64,000 nt of DNA from Octopus sinensis (GCF_006345805.1 NC_043003.1:76632001-76696000), one strand, 5' to 3'. Shown: positions 40,870 through 53,875, counted from the first letter of the stretch. Notes: generated by a model from the letters alone, not told the origin. Made by a program: numbers and translations.

Positions 40870-41900
40870 GTGAACTATTTTTGACTTCATAATGGAGCAT
40901 TGTATGCCTTGAGTATGTGAGATGTTATCTTCTATTTTTCATATTTCCCGCTTTTTCCATTGTATTGAAACATCGCAACATAATGTGTGTGCATAGATGT
41001 ACAAGTGTGCAAGCTTAAATACCGAAGGGTTGAGGTGTCATTGTGTATTTATTTGCACTTTCATCATTTTCGCGAAATCTCTTATAGAAATGATTTCTCC
41101 TTTCATCCTTGAATTTCTAGGTATCTCTCTTTCTAGATAGGGTTTCTCAATTTATTTTAGAGTTGCATTATCTCATTGTAGATCTGATATTCAATCAAAA
41201 GGCACTTCCTTTTGTGGAGGTCCCTAAGAATGATAGCGATCCGATTAGACTTGATCTCCTTGATCTCCTTGTTTGACTGGATTGGCATATCCCAAATTAT
41301 GGCTGCTTTCTCATTTGCTGAAATCATTTCGAGTGCTCGTTTCTTCCGTCTCTTCTCAACTGGTACTTCATAATGCTGGCGTAACTTCTATTGTTGGCTA
41401 ACGTTGTGCATTCAGAGACAATTTGACAGTTTCTTCCCCGCCTTCAAAGTGTTTGCGGTTACGCAATACAATATACTCTGCTTCGTTATATGAACTTAAT
41501 ACTTTTCGATGGGAAGATTTTGAGGCTGAGTCAGTCAGGAGTGTTTAAATTTCAGCTTTGGGTTTTCACTTCGTAGCCACCGCTACTATTTCCACTCTGG
41601 CCAATTTCTCGTACATTGGTCATGTATGACACTTTCTTACCGTCATTTTATCACAGTATTCGGCTGCTCAAGAGTTAATTTGATTCTAGCTGTTTTTTCA
41701 AATATATTTTAATCATTTGTCTTTCTCCTGACAATTCAGATTTTATTGTGTATCTTTCTACTATCTAGAGTACAGAAAACTGTCTCAATGGTGTATAACA
41801 TTTTGGATTGAGTACAGATTTTCTCTCTTGGTTCGTTATTTATCATATAAATCGTTATTGCTACCGATATTAGTTTCATTCTCCACATCCTGTATATTTG
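40870..41900 (-). mobile_element. Old R4/Dong-type LINE C-terminal remnant
   Basis: WLRSENPKAE..EETV..SECTTLA..QHYEVPVEKR..NEKAAIIWDMPIQSNKEIK..NR..I.LRD..KCLLIE. Confidence 0.75.
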
Positions 41901-42454
41901 ACTTCCAAAATTTTTATGGTGTCAAAGTTTCTACACATATTGTTGGGGTTGATGTTTTGCTCAAAATGGGAGCCTAGTGCCTATTTGCATACAGGTATTT
42001 TCATTCCAGTTTTTTTATATATATCTGCCATTTTCACCTTGTTCACTTTGTCATTCTAGATAGGCTTGCCCAGATGGTTATGGCCACGTTGATTTTAGAT
42101 GCCGCTTGGTAAATTGAATCCCACTTCTTAAGCTTTCTTACATAGAAGTGACGGCACATTTTCTGATAAATAAGTTTGCCTGTTCAATCGTGACTATATG
42201 TGACATTGGACCAGGTGACCTCAGCTAATTTAACCAGTTTCTTCCTTGGAAAGGTTTATATCTTTTTTCAATATCTTATAATTATATCCTCCCTTCTTCC
42301 TCCTCCTATTCGTCTTCCTCCTCCTCATTATCATCATCGTTTTCAGTCTTCTTCTTGTCAGAATAAATTTCTATTGCATTTGGTCGCCTCGTTACTAACG
42401 AGAATATTGGCTTGGTTAACGTCACCATCCTGTTCATGATTATCACCATGATTA

Positions 42455-42495
42455 TCGTCACCACCACCACCCGCACCATAACCACCACCACCACC

Positions 42496-42575
<80 letters not shown>

Positions 42576-42621
42576 CATCATCATAATCATCATCACCATC
42601 ATCATCATGATCATCACCATC

Positions 42622-42667
<46 letters not shown>

Positions 42668-42669
42668 CC

Positions 42670-42701
<32 letters not shown>

Positions 42702-42702
42702 C

Positions 42703-42733
<31 letters not shown>

Positions 42734-42743
42734 CCATCATCAC

Positions 42744-42777
<34 letters not shown>

Positions 42778-42845
42778 TTCATCATCATCTTCATCATCAT
42801 TATCGTCGTCGCTGTCGTCGTCGTCGTCATCGTCGTCATCATTAT
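42455..42845. repeat. Long compound (CAC)n/(CAT)n/(CGT)n trinucleotide repeat
   Basis: Read directly. Confidence 0.95.
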
Positions 42846-43684
42846 CAATTGCCATGTTCTTATTATCGCATCATCATAATTTTGTTTCATTTGTGCATTT
42901 GCCGTGCTCGTTATTCCCGTCTTCCCTTGTCGTTGTCGTCCATGTTTGTTTTGCCGTTGTTGTTCTTCTGGTTGTTGTTATTGCTGATTTTATTCCTTTT
43001 ATTTTCGATTTTGTAGTTGTTGTTTTATCTATTCTTATCATCGTTGTTATGTTGTTTATGCTGCTGCTACCGCTGCTGCTGCAGTTGCTGCCGATGTTGT
43101 GTTTGGAGTACACGCATTAGTTATGATTAACGTTAAATTTCCTGGTTTTTGCATTCTTTGCTTTGTTTGCCATAATTTGTTCCGATATTTTTTTTTTTAC
43201 ATTTTCCTTCCAATAATTGTATTTGTTTGTGTGAATTGAATGTAAACAAAAATATAATTGCAATGATTAAGGAGGTCTGAATTTGAGGTTTTAACAGGAA
43301 TTAGACAATGGTTTGCAAAATTGAATATGGAAAGAAAAATTGAAAAAATGTGTATTCATGTTTAGATATAATTGCTACTTTGTACAACAGTGGGGATGGA
43401 TGAGAGAGAAAGATAGCCCATAGCTAATTGCATTATATTGTAGCGCCCTTGTGCAGAGGTTATATCTTGACAAGTCGACTCCCTGATGGAAGTTCGATTT
43501 TCCGATTGAGTCAATTCGTTTCAGTCAGTTCTGCAACATGAGATCTTTTATATTTGTTTCTTGCCCGAAACTGCCAAATTATTAAAACCTACACACATGC
43601 ATGCATTTCGCGCTATATATCTTTAGTGCCATAGATTTTCCATGTTTTGTCTAACATTATAGTAGTTTTTTTTTCTTAGACGAA

Positions 43685-43960
43685 TATTTGGTAAAAAGTT
43701 TGATTTCCAGCCTCATGGCTCCGATTCAACACCACCGCGTGGAACCTTGGAGAAGTGACTTGTACTATTAGCCTCGGGCCGATCAAAGCATTATGAGTGG
43801 AATTGGTAGATGGAAGCCGAAAGGAGACCACCGTATATGTATGTGTATGTATGTGTGTCTTGGAGTCCGTACCTCCTACTACTGCTTGACAACCGATGTT
43901 GGTTTGTTTACATCTCCGTTGCTTAATAGTTCGGGAGAAGCACACGATAAAACAATTATT
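43685..43960 (+). mobile_element. SINE family B, diverged
   Basis: accttgggagaagtgacttgtactattagcctcgggccga..gcttgacaaccgatgttgg. Confidence 0.8.
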
Positions 43961-44157
43961 AGGCATACTTAATGCCTATCGAGACAACGCCATCGAGTAT
44001 CAAACAAGAATTCTAGTCTCGTAGGTCTTTCGGACGATTTCCAGAAATATATTGAATAGAGTGCTGTTTACAGCCGTGTATATCTATGTTTTTATATATG
44101 TCTATATAAATATATATATATATGTATGTGTGTGTTTGTACATTCATATATATATAC

Positions 44158-44246
<89 letters not shown>

Positions 44247-44250
<4 letters not shown>

Positions 44251-44532
44251 TTTGATCACTTTGACCGACCAGTCCGTCAGGCGTCCATTTGACACCGCTG
44301 GTCACAGCACGCTGTCCACTCCTGTCTGGATCGCGCCTTTCTCATCCACGTGATCCCAATCGTCCTCCTGAAATCGTCACTTCACCGTCGTGGAGGTCTT
44401 CCGGGTGGTCTTTTCCGTTCATGCGGGTACCACTTGACGACTGCGTGCGTCCACCGATTATCGGTGAGCCGGGCGACGTGTCCAGCCCATCTATACTTGC
44501 TGCGTGTATACTCTGCGATGACATCTCTCACG
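44247..44532 (-). mobile_element. RTE-clade LINE 3' end, 5'-truncated
   Basis: KYRWAGHVARLTDNRWTHAVVKWYPHERKRPPGRPPRR*SDD..W..AR.R.EW; the tail tggtcggtcaaagtgatcaaagtgat runs into (TA)n. Confidence 0.92.
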
Positions 44533-44541
44533 CAAAAAAAA

Positions 44542-44893
44542 AATCAAAAACGCGAGAAAGGGGAACATGTAAAGTATTAGCAGACGCTCAGGGTAAGAAA
44601 GAAAGATGGTTTAACGTTTCGAGCAAAGCTCTTCTTCAGAAATAGAAGGAAGTCCAATAGAAAGGAAGAGGGAGGAAGAAAATCAACATATTTATATATA
44701 TCCATTTCCTTCCGGTCATTTCAAAATGTAACCACATGTGAATCGTTGGCGATTTTCTTCCTCCCTCTTCATTTCTATTGGACTTCCCTCTATTTCTGAA
44801 GAAGAGCGTTGCTCGAAACGTTAAACCATCTTTTTTTCATTCCCTGAGCGTCTGCTAATACTTTACATGATCCACGTCCTGGCGTTGTTGATT
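44542..44893. mobile_element. Foldback of ~143-bp arms, each with an HHR core (inverted PLE pLTR-like)
   Basis: Arms 44542-44684 and 44751-44893. CUGAAGA-A-GAGC-nnn-GCUC-GAAA-CGUU at 44796-44822 (+) and 44613-44639 (-). Confidence 0.85.
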
Positions 44894-44953
44894 AGCTTAC
44901 GTTTCTTTTTGTTTTGGGGAATTTATGTGTTTGTGTGTGTGTGTGTGTGTGTG

Positions 44954-45001
<48 letters not shown>

Positions 45002-45099
45002 GTGTATGTGTGTTTGTGTGTATGTATATGTATACCTATGGGTATAGTTAAGAGCCCTGTATGATTTTAGGATCATCCAGTCCTGTAAATTTTGGCCAT

Positions 45100-45420
45100 G
45101 AAGTGAATTAGCTAAGAAACAATGTTCGCACTTGCCAAATGACCTCTCAAGCGACCATGTCCAGAATGGTACGTGTATTGACATACATCGCGGAGTGTAT
45201 TAGCAGTGTGTACTAACGCCATACTGCTATTGTGTGCAGTGATGTACGCTCCGGAAACCTGGAACTACTGTTGATGTTATACTCAGACCCTTTCTCAAGG
45301 CATTCAATGTATTGTCACTGTTCATCTCTCCACCATCCTCCAGGTTTAGGCCAGCAACAGCATTGGGGAGCGGGAACTAAGCTTCAGTTCTCGGGGGTAC
45401 AAAAACGAGGTGAATGAATC
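45100..45420 (+). mobile_element. Possible LINE APE endonuclease fragment (Rex1/L2-like)
   Basis: NLELLLML..RPF..F..IVTVH..HPP loosely matches LELL..CRPFYLPREF..AVYIPP. Confidence 0.35.
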
Positions 45421-46741
45421 AATAAATGTTCGTATCATCGTAATGACAAGTATGACCAGTGAGATACTATTTAGTGATATTTAAATTCTAGTCTGTATTT
45501 AACTGGAAATCTTCATTTACACACAGCTATATTGGATGGCTGCCTACAAATCTGGGGCCACTCAAGCGACATGGCCCCTGAACTCTGTATAAAGGTGTAT
45601 GTATATTTGTACGCATATACATAAACATATATATTGCTCTTTCACAATGGCGCCAAGTGGTTATAATATTGGAATGGAACTTAAATTTTGAATCACGCAA
45701 TCATTATGTTTAACAGTTAGTCCTTTCGAATAAAGAATAAATAAAACAAAAACTATAGAACCCATACTGAACTTTTGAATTAATAAAATTCTCTGAAACA
45801 TTATTGAAGAAATAGCGATTTCTTGTTTCATTGACAATCATCAAGTGATGCTTCTTTTGAAATTTGGAAAAAAAAAAATTTTTTTCTATTCTTTTTGTTT
45901 CGTTGCTTGAAATTTATTCCGCCATTTCTATTAGATTTTAACTTTGTTATATCGTTTTTCGTTTGATATTATTAGACATAGCAAAGTTTCTCTTTTAGCA
46001 TTAATAGCTTCTTTTAAAAGAAGTAACTGTTTGCCATTGTAAAGAAAATAGAAAGACTCTTTCATTTCAGAATTAATTCAGGTAATTAATTTAGAAATTT
46101 CAAAAGGTCCGTGAGATAAAGAAAACTAGACAATTCATTAAACTTCATATAAAGGATAGAATTCTAAAATCAAAATACGAGAGCAGAGGACTCACAAAAA
46201 GCTAGGTCGAGCGAAAAAATATAGGCATTGAAGAGTTGCATGAGGACACATACAACACTCCTATTGTGAATAGGTCGCAGATCATCACGATTCTACAAGA
46301 TGTCACAGAAAAATACTAACAAAATGTATGCATTTGAGGCAGAGAACATTTCTACGATTTCTGATGAGTTCACAACAAAGTTGCGGAAAATATTTCATAA
46401 AATAAATCACAAAATGGAACATTTTTTTGTATATTTTTATACTCCAGGATGCAGGTAAATATTTAACAGAGGAACATATTATAGGCAAGTGTGTATGCAT
46501 ATTTAAACATGCACTAAGCACACACCCTGTGCATATACACACAAAGGAGGTGTATATGAGTATGACTGTGTTTATGTGTGTATATGTGTATCGGTGTGAG
46601 TTTACTTGCGTGCCTGCGTATGTGCGAGTGTGTATGAAAATTGGTCGATGGTGGAAGCCCAATTTCTTTCAGGGGTACAAATATTCTTATATTTTTTGTG
46701 GATTTTGTTGCTTTCTTTCATTATATATTCTTTTTCTAGCT

Positions 46742-46895
46742 GCAGGTATGACTACGTGGTAAGAAGCTTGCTTTCCAATGACATGACTCCGGGTTCAGTC
46801 CCACAATGTGTCACCTTGGGCAAGATTACTCTAGCTTTGGTCTGATCAAAGCCTTGTGAGTGTATTTGGTTAACGGAAACTAAAAGAAGACCAGC
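46742..46895 (+). mobile_element. SINE family B 5' half
   Basis: gtggtaagaagcttgctttcc..ccgggttcagtccca..ccttgggcaag. Confidence 0.85.
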
Positions 46896-46896
46896 C

Positions 46897-46934
<38 letters not shown>

Positions 46935-47226
46935 ATACATATAAAAGTAAATAAATGGTACAACGAAGTACCGATATTTACTGGAAAATAGCGATCGTAA
47001 TAAATACAACGCTATTGTATAGCTTCACTGCGTATATACTAGCAAAGACGTGTGTGTGTGCAACAAACATGAAAAAATTTGTCTTACTTCTAGGAAGAAC
47101 ATCTGAAAAATGGAAAACCTAGAAACGGATAATGCAGGACCGATTTCAGATTCTTCATATACGTTTGACAACGTAGATTTGATTTGTCCTCATCAGCTAT
47201 ATGCAGCTGATTATGCATAGAAGGAG

Positions 47227-47590
47227 CAGGAGTGGCTGTGTGGTAAGTATCTTGCTAACCAACCACACGGTTGCGGGTTCAGTCCCACTGCGTGGCATCT
47301 TGGGCAAGTGTCTTCTGCTATAGCCCCGGGCCGACCAATGCCTTGTGAGTGATTTGGAAACTGAAAGAAGCCTGTCGTATATATGTATATATATATATAT
47401 ATGTTTGTATGTATGTGTGTGTTTGTGTGTGTCCCCCTAGCATTGCTTGACAACCGATGCTGGTGTGTTTACGTCCCCGTCACTTAGCGGTTCGGCAAAA
47501 AGAGACCGATAGAATAAGTACTAAAAGGTGGTGCTCCAGCATGGCTGCAATCAAATGACTGAAACCAGTAAAAGAGAAAAGAGTAAAAGA
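47227..47590 (+). mobile_element. SINE family B, near full length
   Basis: Complete head, internal TA/TG tract, tail ending in (gtaaaaga)n. Confidence 0.92.
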
Positions 47591-48040
47591 AAGAGAGAAG
47601 AATATATTACACAAAGGAATTCCAACTCTGTTTATTATGTTTTATTTATATTCTTATAATATTAATATACGATACAGAATATAGAATATATAGTAAGAAA
47701 GAAATGAAATGAAATATCGATTGTATTATTGAACAAATGAAATATTGAAAATTAAATAGTAAATGTCTATTCTCATTGAACTAATATACTTTGTTGCATT
47801 TAAGTATTCATCAGGTTCAGGTTGCGACAGGAACGCTTCGACTGTGGTTTACTGGTTGCCTTTTGTCCTTTATATACATTCCTGTGGGCAGCAGTAGTAG
47901 TTACTTGGCTATTTTTAGAAATGTTGCCAAACCATTTTCCCGTGTTTATTTTAAGAAATGATGATAGCAGCACTTTTTAGGGATTTTTAATTTTTAGGTA
48001 TAGGGGTAAGATTTTTAAACCTTAAATAAGATCAATCTAA

Positions 48041-48830
48041 TCATTGTTTATTAAGCTTGGGTTTGAATTTATTAATAAATTCCTTTTTACTCAGTTTTCT
48101 CTCGATTTCATTCAGATTGTATAGTTTATGAAATGGAAACATCATAAATGTTTTCCGACCACATATTGCCCGATGTTTACTCAGTGGTATTTGGCGCCCT
48201 TCTGGATTTTTAATTTGTTGTAGATGCACACGCGAGCGTTCTGATAGTGCATTGCCTTTCTCGCCAACGTACAGTTCTTCACAATTTGGGCATTTGCTGC
48301 AGTAGATTAAATTTCTGCTTTTGCAGTTCATGTTTGCGTTTGTGAATATTTCTCCTGTTTTTGTGTTCATATATGGGCCGGTATGAATTAATTGGCATGT
48401 ACCGCATCGGCTATCATTGCATTTAGACACAGTGAATGTTTGATCTTTGTTGTTCCTTACCTTTGTTAATAACTTTTTCAAGCGCTTAGGCTGTCTTTTA
48501 CTGAGAGTTATAGTTTGATCTGTAATGGTATCTCTTAATTCCTTACTTTGTGCAATGATTGGTAGGTTTGATTTAGCGATATTACAGATGTTCTGGTGGC
48601 ATGGATTATGTGTCACTATAAATAGTATGATTTGTTTTTGTTTTTCTCTTCTTTATGGCCTCCTCAGTTGTTGTATGGGTATTTTCATTGCCCACTAAAT
48701 AGCATTTTCTATAAGTAATGACGGGTATTTTCGTTTAAGCAAAAATTCTTTCATTTCCATCAGGCGCTGATTTCTGGTCTTTAAATCTTCTACAATGGTA
48801 CAGATTCTTCTGGCTAAGCGTTTAAAGACC
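48041..48830 (-). mobile_element. Penelope-like element (Neptune-type) RT thumb plus GIY-YIG endonuclease, frameshifted
   Basis: LARRICTIV..RL.EMK.FL..RKYP..LI; ORF 48041-48616 has the Cys linker KCNDSRCGTC and NCKSRNLIYC.KCPNC..YVGE..L.ER..H..H..E..I..P.LN. Confidence 0.9.
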
Positions 48831-48839
48831 AGAAACACA

Positions 48840-48871
<32 letters not shown>

Positions 48872-48890
48872 ACACACACACACACACACA

Positions 48891-49107
48891 CGGCAGAAAC
48901 GTTAGCGCGCCGGGAGAAATGCTTAGCGGTATTTCGTCTGTCGTTACGTTCTGAGTTCAAATTCCGCCGAGGTCGACTTTGCCTTTCATCCTTTCAGGGT
49001 CGATAAATAAAGTACCAGTTTCGCACTGGGTCGATGTAATTGACTTAATCCCTTTGTCTGTCCTTGTTTGTCCCCTCTATGGTTAGCCCCTTGTGGGCAG
49101 TAAAGAA

Positions 49108-49108
<1 letters not shown>
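48891..49108 (+). mobile_element. SINE family A
   Basis: ggcagaaacgttagcgcgccggg..gtcgactttgcctttcatcc..agccccttgtgggcagtaaagaaata. Confidence 0.92.
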
Positions 49109-49180
<72 letters not shown>

Positions 49181-49181
<1 letters not shown>

Positions 49182-49297
49182 ATGAGCTTCTTTCAGTTTC
49201 CGTCTACCAAATCCACTCACAAGGCTTTGGTCGGCCCGAGGCTACAGTAGAAGACACTTGCCCAAGGTGCCACGCAGAGGGAGTGAACCCAGAACCA
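49181..49297 (-). mobile_element. SINE family B fragment
   Basis: gcttctttcagtttccgtctaccaaatccactcacaaggctttggtcggcccgagg. Confidence 0.9.
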
Positions 49298-50259
49298 CTA
49301 TTTTCCCTGAAAGTTGTTTTGTTTTATATTTACTATGGATTGCTCGAAGCTAACTTTCTTCCTACACCTCGATCCCTGGATCTTGTGTGTGTGTGTGTGT
49401 GTGTCTACCTGTGTGTATGTGAGTGTGAGTCCGAGCACACACACACACACACATTTATATATATATTAAAGAGATAAATAGATTTAGATATATCTGCATG
49501 CCTGTATGTCGTTGCATTTGTTTCGATCACCACCCGACAACCAGTGGTGGTTTGTTTACTTCTCTGTTACTTATGCCTTCGGCAAAAGGAGCCAGATAGA
49601 ATGATGATCAAGCTTTTAAAAAGTAACGGGCCCATTCGTCCGTCCAAACTGTTGAAGGCAGTAACCCATCATTGCCATGCTCCAAAGACGAAACAAGGGA
49701 TTGACATTTGTATGTATATGTGCTTGTATGTGTGTGTGTGTGTGGTGTGTGTGTGTGTGTGTGTACGCGTGTGTGTGAGTATGTACGTATGTGCGTGTCA
49801 GTATGTATGATTCGTGTGTCTATCGATTGAATTACTATTAACAGATGACTGAGATTAAAGCCAAATATATCGGCTTCACGGCCGTGATGACAGTGACTTG
49901 TGTTGACAAATTCCGATAGAGTTAAAGTATTGAATGGATTCTATTTGAGTATAGTGAAGAAATGAACTGGCTGGAGAAGAAACTCAGTTAGAATTATAGA
50001 TGATTCCTCTCCTCACAACAGCAGTGAAGCAATTTCACTTCTACTGCTATAAAAAGGCCAACGGGATCCCCATGGAGATTCCGTTCAGAACAAAAGGAGA
50101 CAAAAGTGCATATAGGAATTTTAGTGTCGGTGCTTTATATATTCAAACAACTTACATTTCACACATGGGCATACACACAGGTAAGCACTCACAAATAAAA
50201 CAATGTTCGTTTGTTTTTCACCTGCCTTCGTCTTTTGTCTATTTTCATAAAGCTTCCCG

Positions 50260-50303
<44 letters not shown>

Positions 50304-50312
50304 TATATATAT

Positions 50313-50347
<35 letters not shown>

Positions 50348-50603
50348 ATGTGTGTCTATGTATGTATATATATATATATATATATAATATATATATATTA
50401 TATATATACATATATATATATACATATATATACATACATATATATGCATTTACATATAAACATATATACATATACATATATACATATATAATATATATTT
50501 ATGCATATTTATATGCATACTTTTATATATATATATGTATGTATATATATATCTAAGTATGCATATATGTATGTATATATATATATTATATATATATATA
50601 TAT

Positions 50604-50637
<34 letters not shown>

Positions 50638-50759
50638 ATTTTATAATCCTATAACCTTTAATGGATATGGATTTGAATATCTTTAAATAAACTGGTGTTT
50701 GCATGTCAATTTCTCCATTTTCTTTATCTAATTCATTTATATATATATATATATATATT

Positions 50760-52263
50760 ATATTAAAAGCAAGTTGTCTGTGTGTGTGTAGTGTGAACCA
50801 CTTCTATTCCTACCATTTTCAACCAAGTTTCACCAAAATTTGACATGTGTGCTCTCTTTGACTTAGGACGCTTTTTCTTATAATTATTCCTTGAAATTCC
50901 GCGTCCCCAAGATAAATAGAGTTCTCTCAATTCGTCAAGGATTTGGCTTCAGCCAGCAAAAAAAGAGAAAAACGTGTCACACACCCAGCTGGAAAAAATC
51001 AATACTTTGTCAGCTATGGAGAGCTGTTATTGACTGCTTGCACAATACTGCCAGCAGTATTCATTCGCGAGTTACGATTTGCCTCTGTTTTCATGTGAGC
51101 GCTCTTTTTCATGTGATTATTCCAACTTAAACTAGCTACTTCATAACTCTTACCCAAAATTAAAAATTCTTAATTCGGTTTGCTTGATTAACATTTTTGC
51201 CAACTACATTTTACTATTATTTTGGGTGCTACACATTCACCGTTTTTTCCTTAGGACTTTTTCTGTTGTGTAAACTGATATTTTTCTACCATTTCCTCGG
51301 CGCAAATGATCCAACATAGGTCGGCAAACAAATGCTGCAAAGAAAAGTAAACGTATACATGCAAATGAATCTGCTGAGGACGCCGCCAGGAGGAACTCAC
51401 TCAGTGCACTTAGGATGGCTTCAGCGCGAAGAAGGGAAAGTAAAGAGCAGCGTTGTGATCGGTTTGTACGTATTGTTGCGCAACGAGCTGCCCAGAGCAA
51501 CGAGCAACGTTCAGCACACCGAATAAGAAATGCTTCCTCTACTGCTGCTGCACGAGCTTCAGAGACTGTAGCACAACGCACAGATCGACTTACAAGATTT
51601 GCTTCCTCTGCTGCTGATGCACAGAGATACAGAGACTGCAGCACAACGCGCAGATCGACTTACAAGATTTGTTGCAGCAACTGCTGCTGCTGCGCGATAC
51701 GGAGACTACAGGCGAAATACAACAACGACTGGAGGCTACAACAAAGCGAAGGACGGCACGACGTTCCTACTCAAGGCCATGATCCTCGCGTTGGTCAACG
51801 ATAGCTTTCATCTACGATCCTACAATTGACTGTAGTAGTCACCCTGACGTTCAAATAGGCTGCGTATCTACAATCTGCCAATTTTGCGGAGCTAAAGGTG
51901 GCGTGGAGAAACTCACGGCATGTGCTGCTCCAACGGTAAGGTTACAGTATCTCTTCTACAAGATCCTCCACCCCTTTTGACTGATCTTTTGACAGGGGCG
52001 TTTCCTTATTCTCATCACTTTCTCAAGTGGATACGTGCTTACAACTGCGCGTTCCAAATGACTTCCTCCGGTGCCAACATCATACAAGATGGGCATTTCA
52101 CGCCTTCCGTTAAAGTGTAGGGGCAGATTTACCATAGAATTGGTTTCCCGCAGCGGAATGACACTGCCTTGCCTCAGTTTCTTCAGTTCAACTTCGTTGG
52201 AGACTACGCTGACCAGGCATACTTAACAAACAGCTCTGAGCAACGCCAGGAACGCCTGATAGT
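50760..52263 (+). mobile_element. Internally deleted Helitron with RepHel N-terminus
   Basis: ETxxQRxxRL-type repeats (51561, 51631), then IG..C..CGAK.W.GE..GMCCSNGKV..PP.L..L..HFL..IR.YN..FQMTS.GA..GQIYHRIG..PQFLQ. The 3' end reads ctgagcaacgccagg..atagt. Confidence 0.9.
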
Positions 52264-52460
52264 ATATATAAAACTGAGAATGTGTGTGTGTCTGTCTGTA
52301 TGTATGTATGTCGGTATGTATGTTTGCATCACTAAAACTCGAGAGCTCCTCAACCGATTTCATTCAAGTTTTCCACATGCTTTTCTTAGAGTCGTTGAAG
52401 TTTCATGGGCAAAACAAAAATCAGCTTCTTACCTAAATCGAGCCCGGAGCATTCTCTTAA
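52264..52460 (+). mobile_element. Second Helitron-like 5' terminus abutting the first
   Basis: tatataaaactgagaatgtgtgtgtgtctgtctg..aaccgatttcattcaa parallels the 5' ends at 50760 and 20340. Confidence 0.55.
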
Positions 52461-52464
52461 TGTG

Positions 52465-52532
<68 letters not shown>

Positions 52533-52559
52533 AGAGAGAGAGAGAGAAAGAGAGAGAGA

Positions 52560-52668
52560 TTTTGAGTGTTGCCATGCTGGAGCACTGACTTTCAGTTGGA
52601 GAAATCGACCTCTAGACTTATTCTTTGTAAACCTGGAGCTTATTCTATCGTTAACTTCTGCCGAACCG
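52560..52668 (-). mobile_element. SINE family B 3' fragment
   Basis: gccatgctggagcactg..aaatcgacc..gacttattctttgtaa..gccgaacc. Confidence 0.8.
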
Positions 52669-53177
52669 GTGTGTGTGTGTATGTGTGTGTTTGTGTGTGT
52701 GAGTGTCTGTCTGCATGTATGTATGTATGTATGTATGTATGTATGTATGTATGTATGTATGTATGCATGTATGTATGTATGTATCTATGTATGTATGTAC
52801 TCATTCAGAATAAATAAAGCCCCGTATATTACTAGCTTAACTTATACAAATTTTAACGCCGGTTGAATATTTGCTTCTAATTCTGTCATCGGAGAGAAAG
52901 TCTTTTATAACTATATATTAACAATTTCTCTATACTTGCAAATTTCTTCTTTTATAATTATTTTGCAAAATAATGTATCTATAAAAATACTTTTGATCTG
53001 GTGCATTGATATTAAAATGTTACTCTATCACAGAAATTCCCCTTGGTTTTAAATAGTTTAAAAATTATTCGCTTCGATTAAAATTCGTCCTATAGATTAT
53101 TTTTCGATGAAAAGTCATATGACCGTCATATAAGTGTTTGTGAAGGGAATCTACTTCTCATCGACAACTGTGATTGT

Positions 53178-53222
53178 CACACGCCGATGACGGGTCAATA
53201 CCCAGAAACTCGAGTCCGTGTG
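53178..53222 (+). ncRNA. Minimal type I hammerhead ribozyme (CCGAUGA variant)
   Basis: CACACG-CCGAUGA-C-GGGU(CAAU)ACCC-A-GAAA-CUCGAG-UC^CGUGUG: 6-bp stem I, 4-bp stem II, perfect ACUCGAGU palindrome in stem III. Confidence 0.8.
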
Positions 53223-53381
53223 TATCATAAGTTGAAGACGGGAAGGATGGCTTCCCATTACAAACACTGATAGGGCACAGAAAGTGTGTTTATGGCCAGC
53301 TGGAGGTGGTGTCCTCCTGGGGCTACAAACTACAGTAGCATCCACCCTTAGGGGTTAGCCATATTGAATGGCAAATACACG

Positions 53382-53524
<143 letters not shown>

Positions 53525-53875
53525 CGTAAGTGGCCAAACCACGACTCGCGAGTCATATGCGGCTCTTTGACCTTTAATATGCGGCTCGTGAATATATCTT
53601 GGCTGAGCTCCTTTTTTCATCACAGTTAATATAGTAGGAAAACATGAAAAATTTCAAGCTTTATAATTATTTACTGAGTAAAAATTGAGACATCACTGGA
53701 TTAAGAAATAAGTTTAATGTTCATGGTTAGTAAATATATTTAAGAATTTAAATCCTAATTTTAATGCTAGGTCTGAATGTGACAATGCTCTTTAGTGCTG
53801 AGGCAAGGACTAGTGGGAGGCAGGGTGATTAAAGAAATTTCCAGTCAGCAAGGGTTACAGAGGTATGTCTGAAGT

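Noticed and set aside
42358-42855. Poly-Asp/Gly ORF reminiscent of acidic biomineral proteins
   Set aside because: It is fully explained by a (GAT)n microsatellite open in several frames, and there is no signal peptide or splice support.
47155-47198. Minus-strand CUGAUGAG-GACAA..UUGUC-AAAC
   Set aside because: The G of GAAA is missing and there is no stem I; at best a dead relic.
47785-47845. Minus-strand CUGAUGA plus hairpin downstream of the Neptune-type PLE
   Set aside because: The position is as expected for a pLTR HHR, but no GAAA follows stem II, so the fold cannot be completed.
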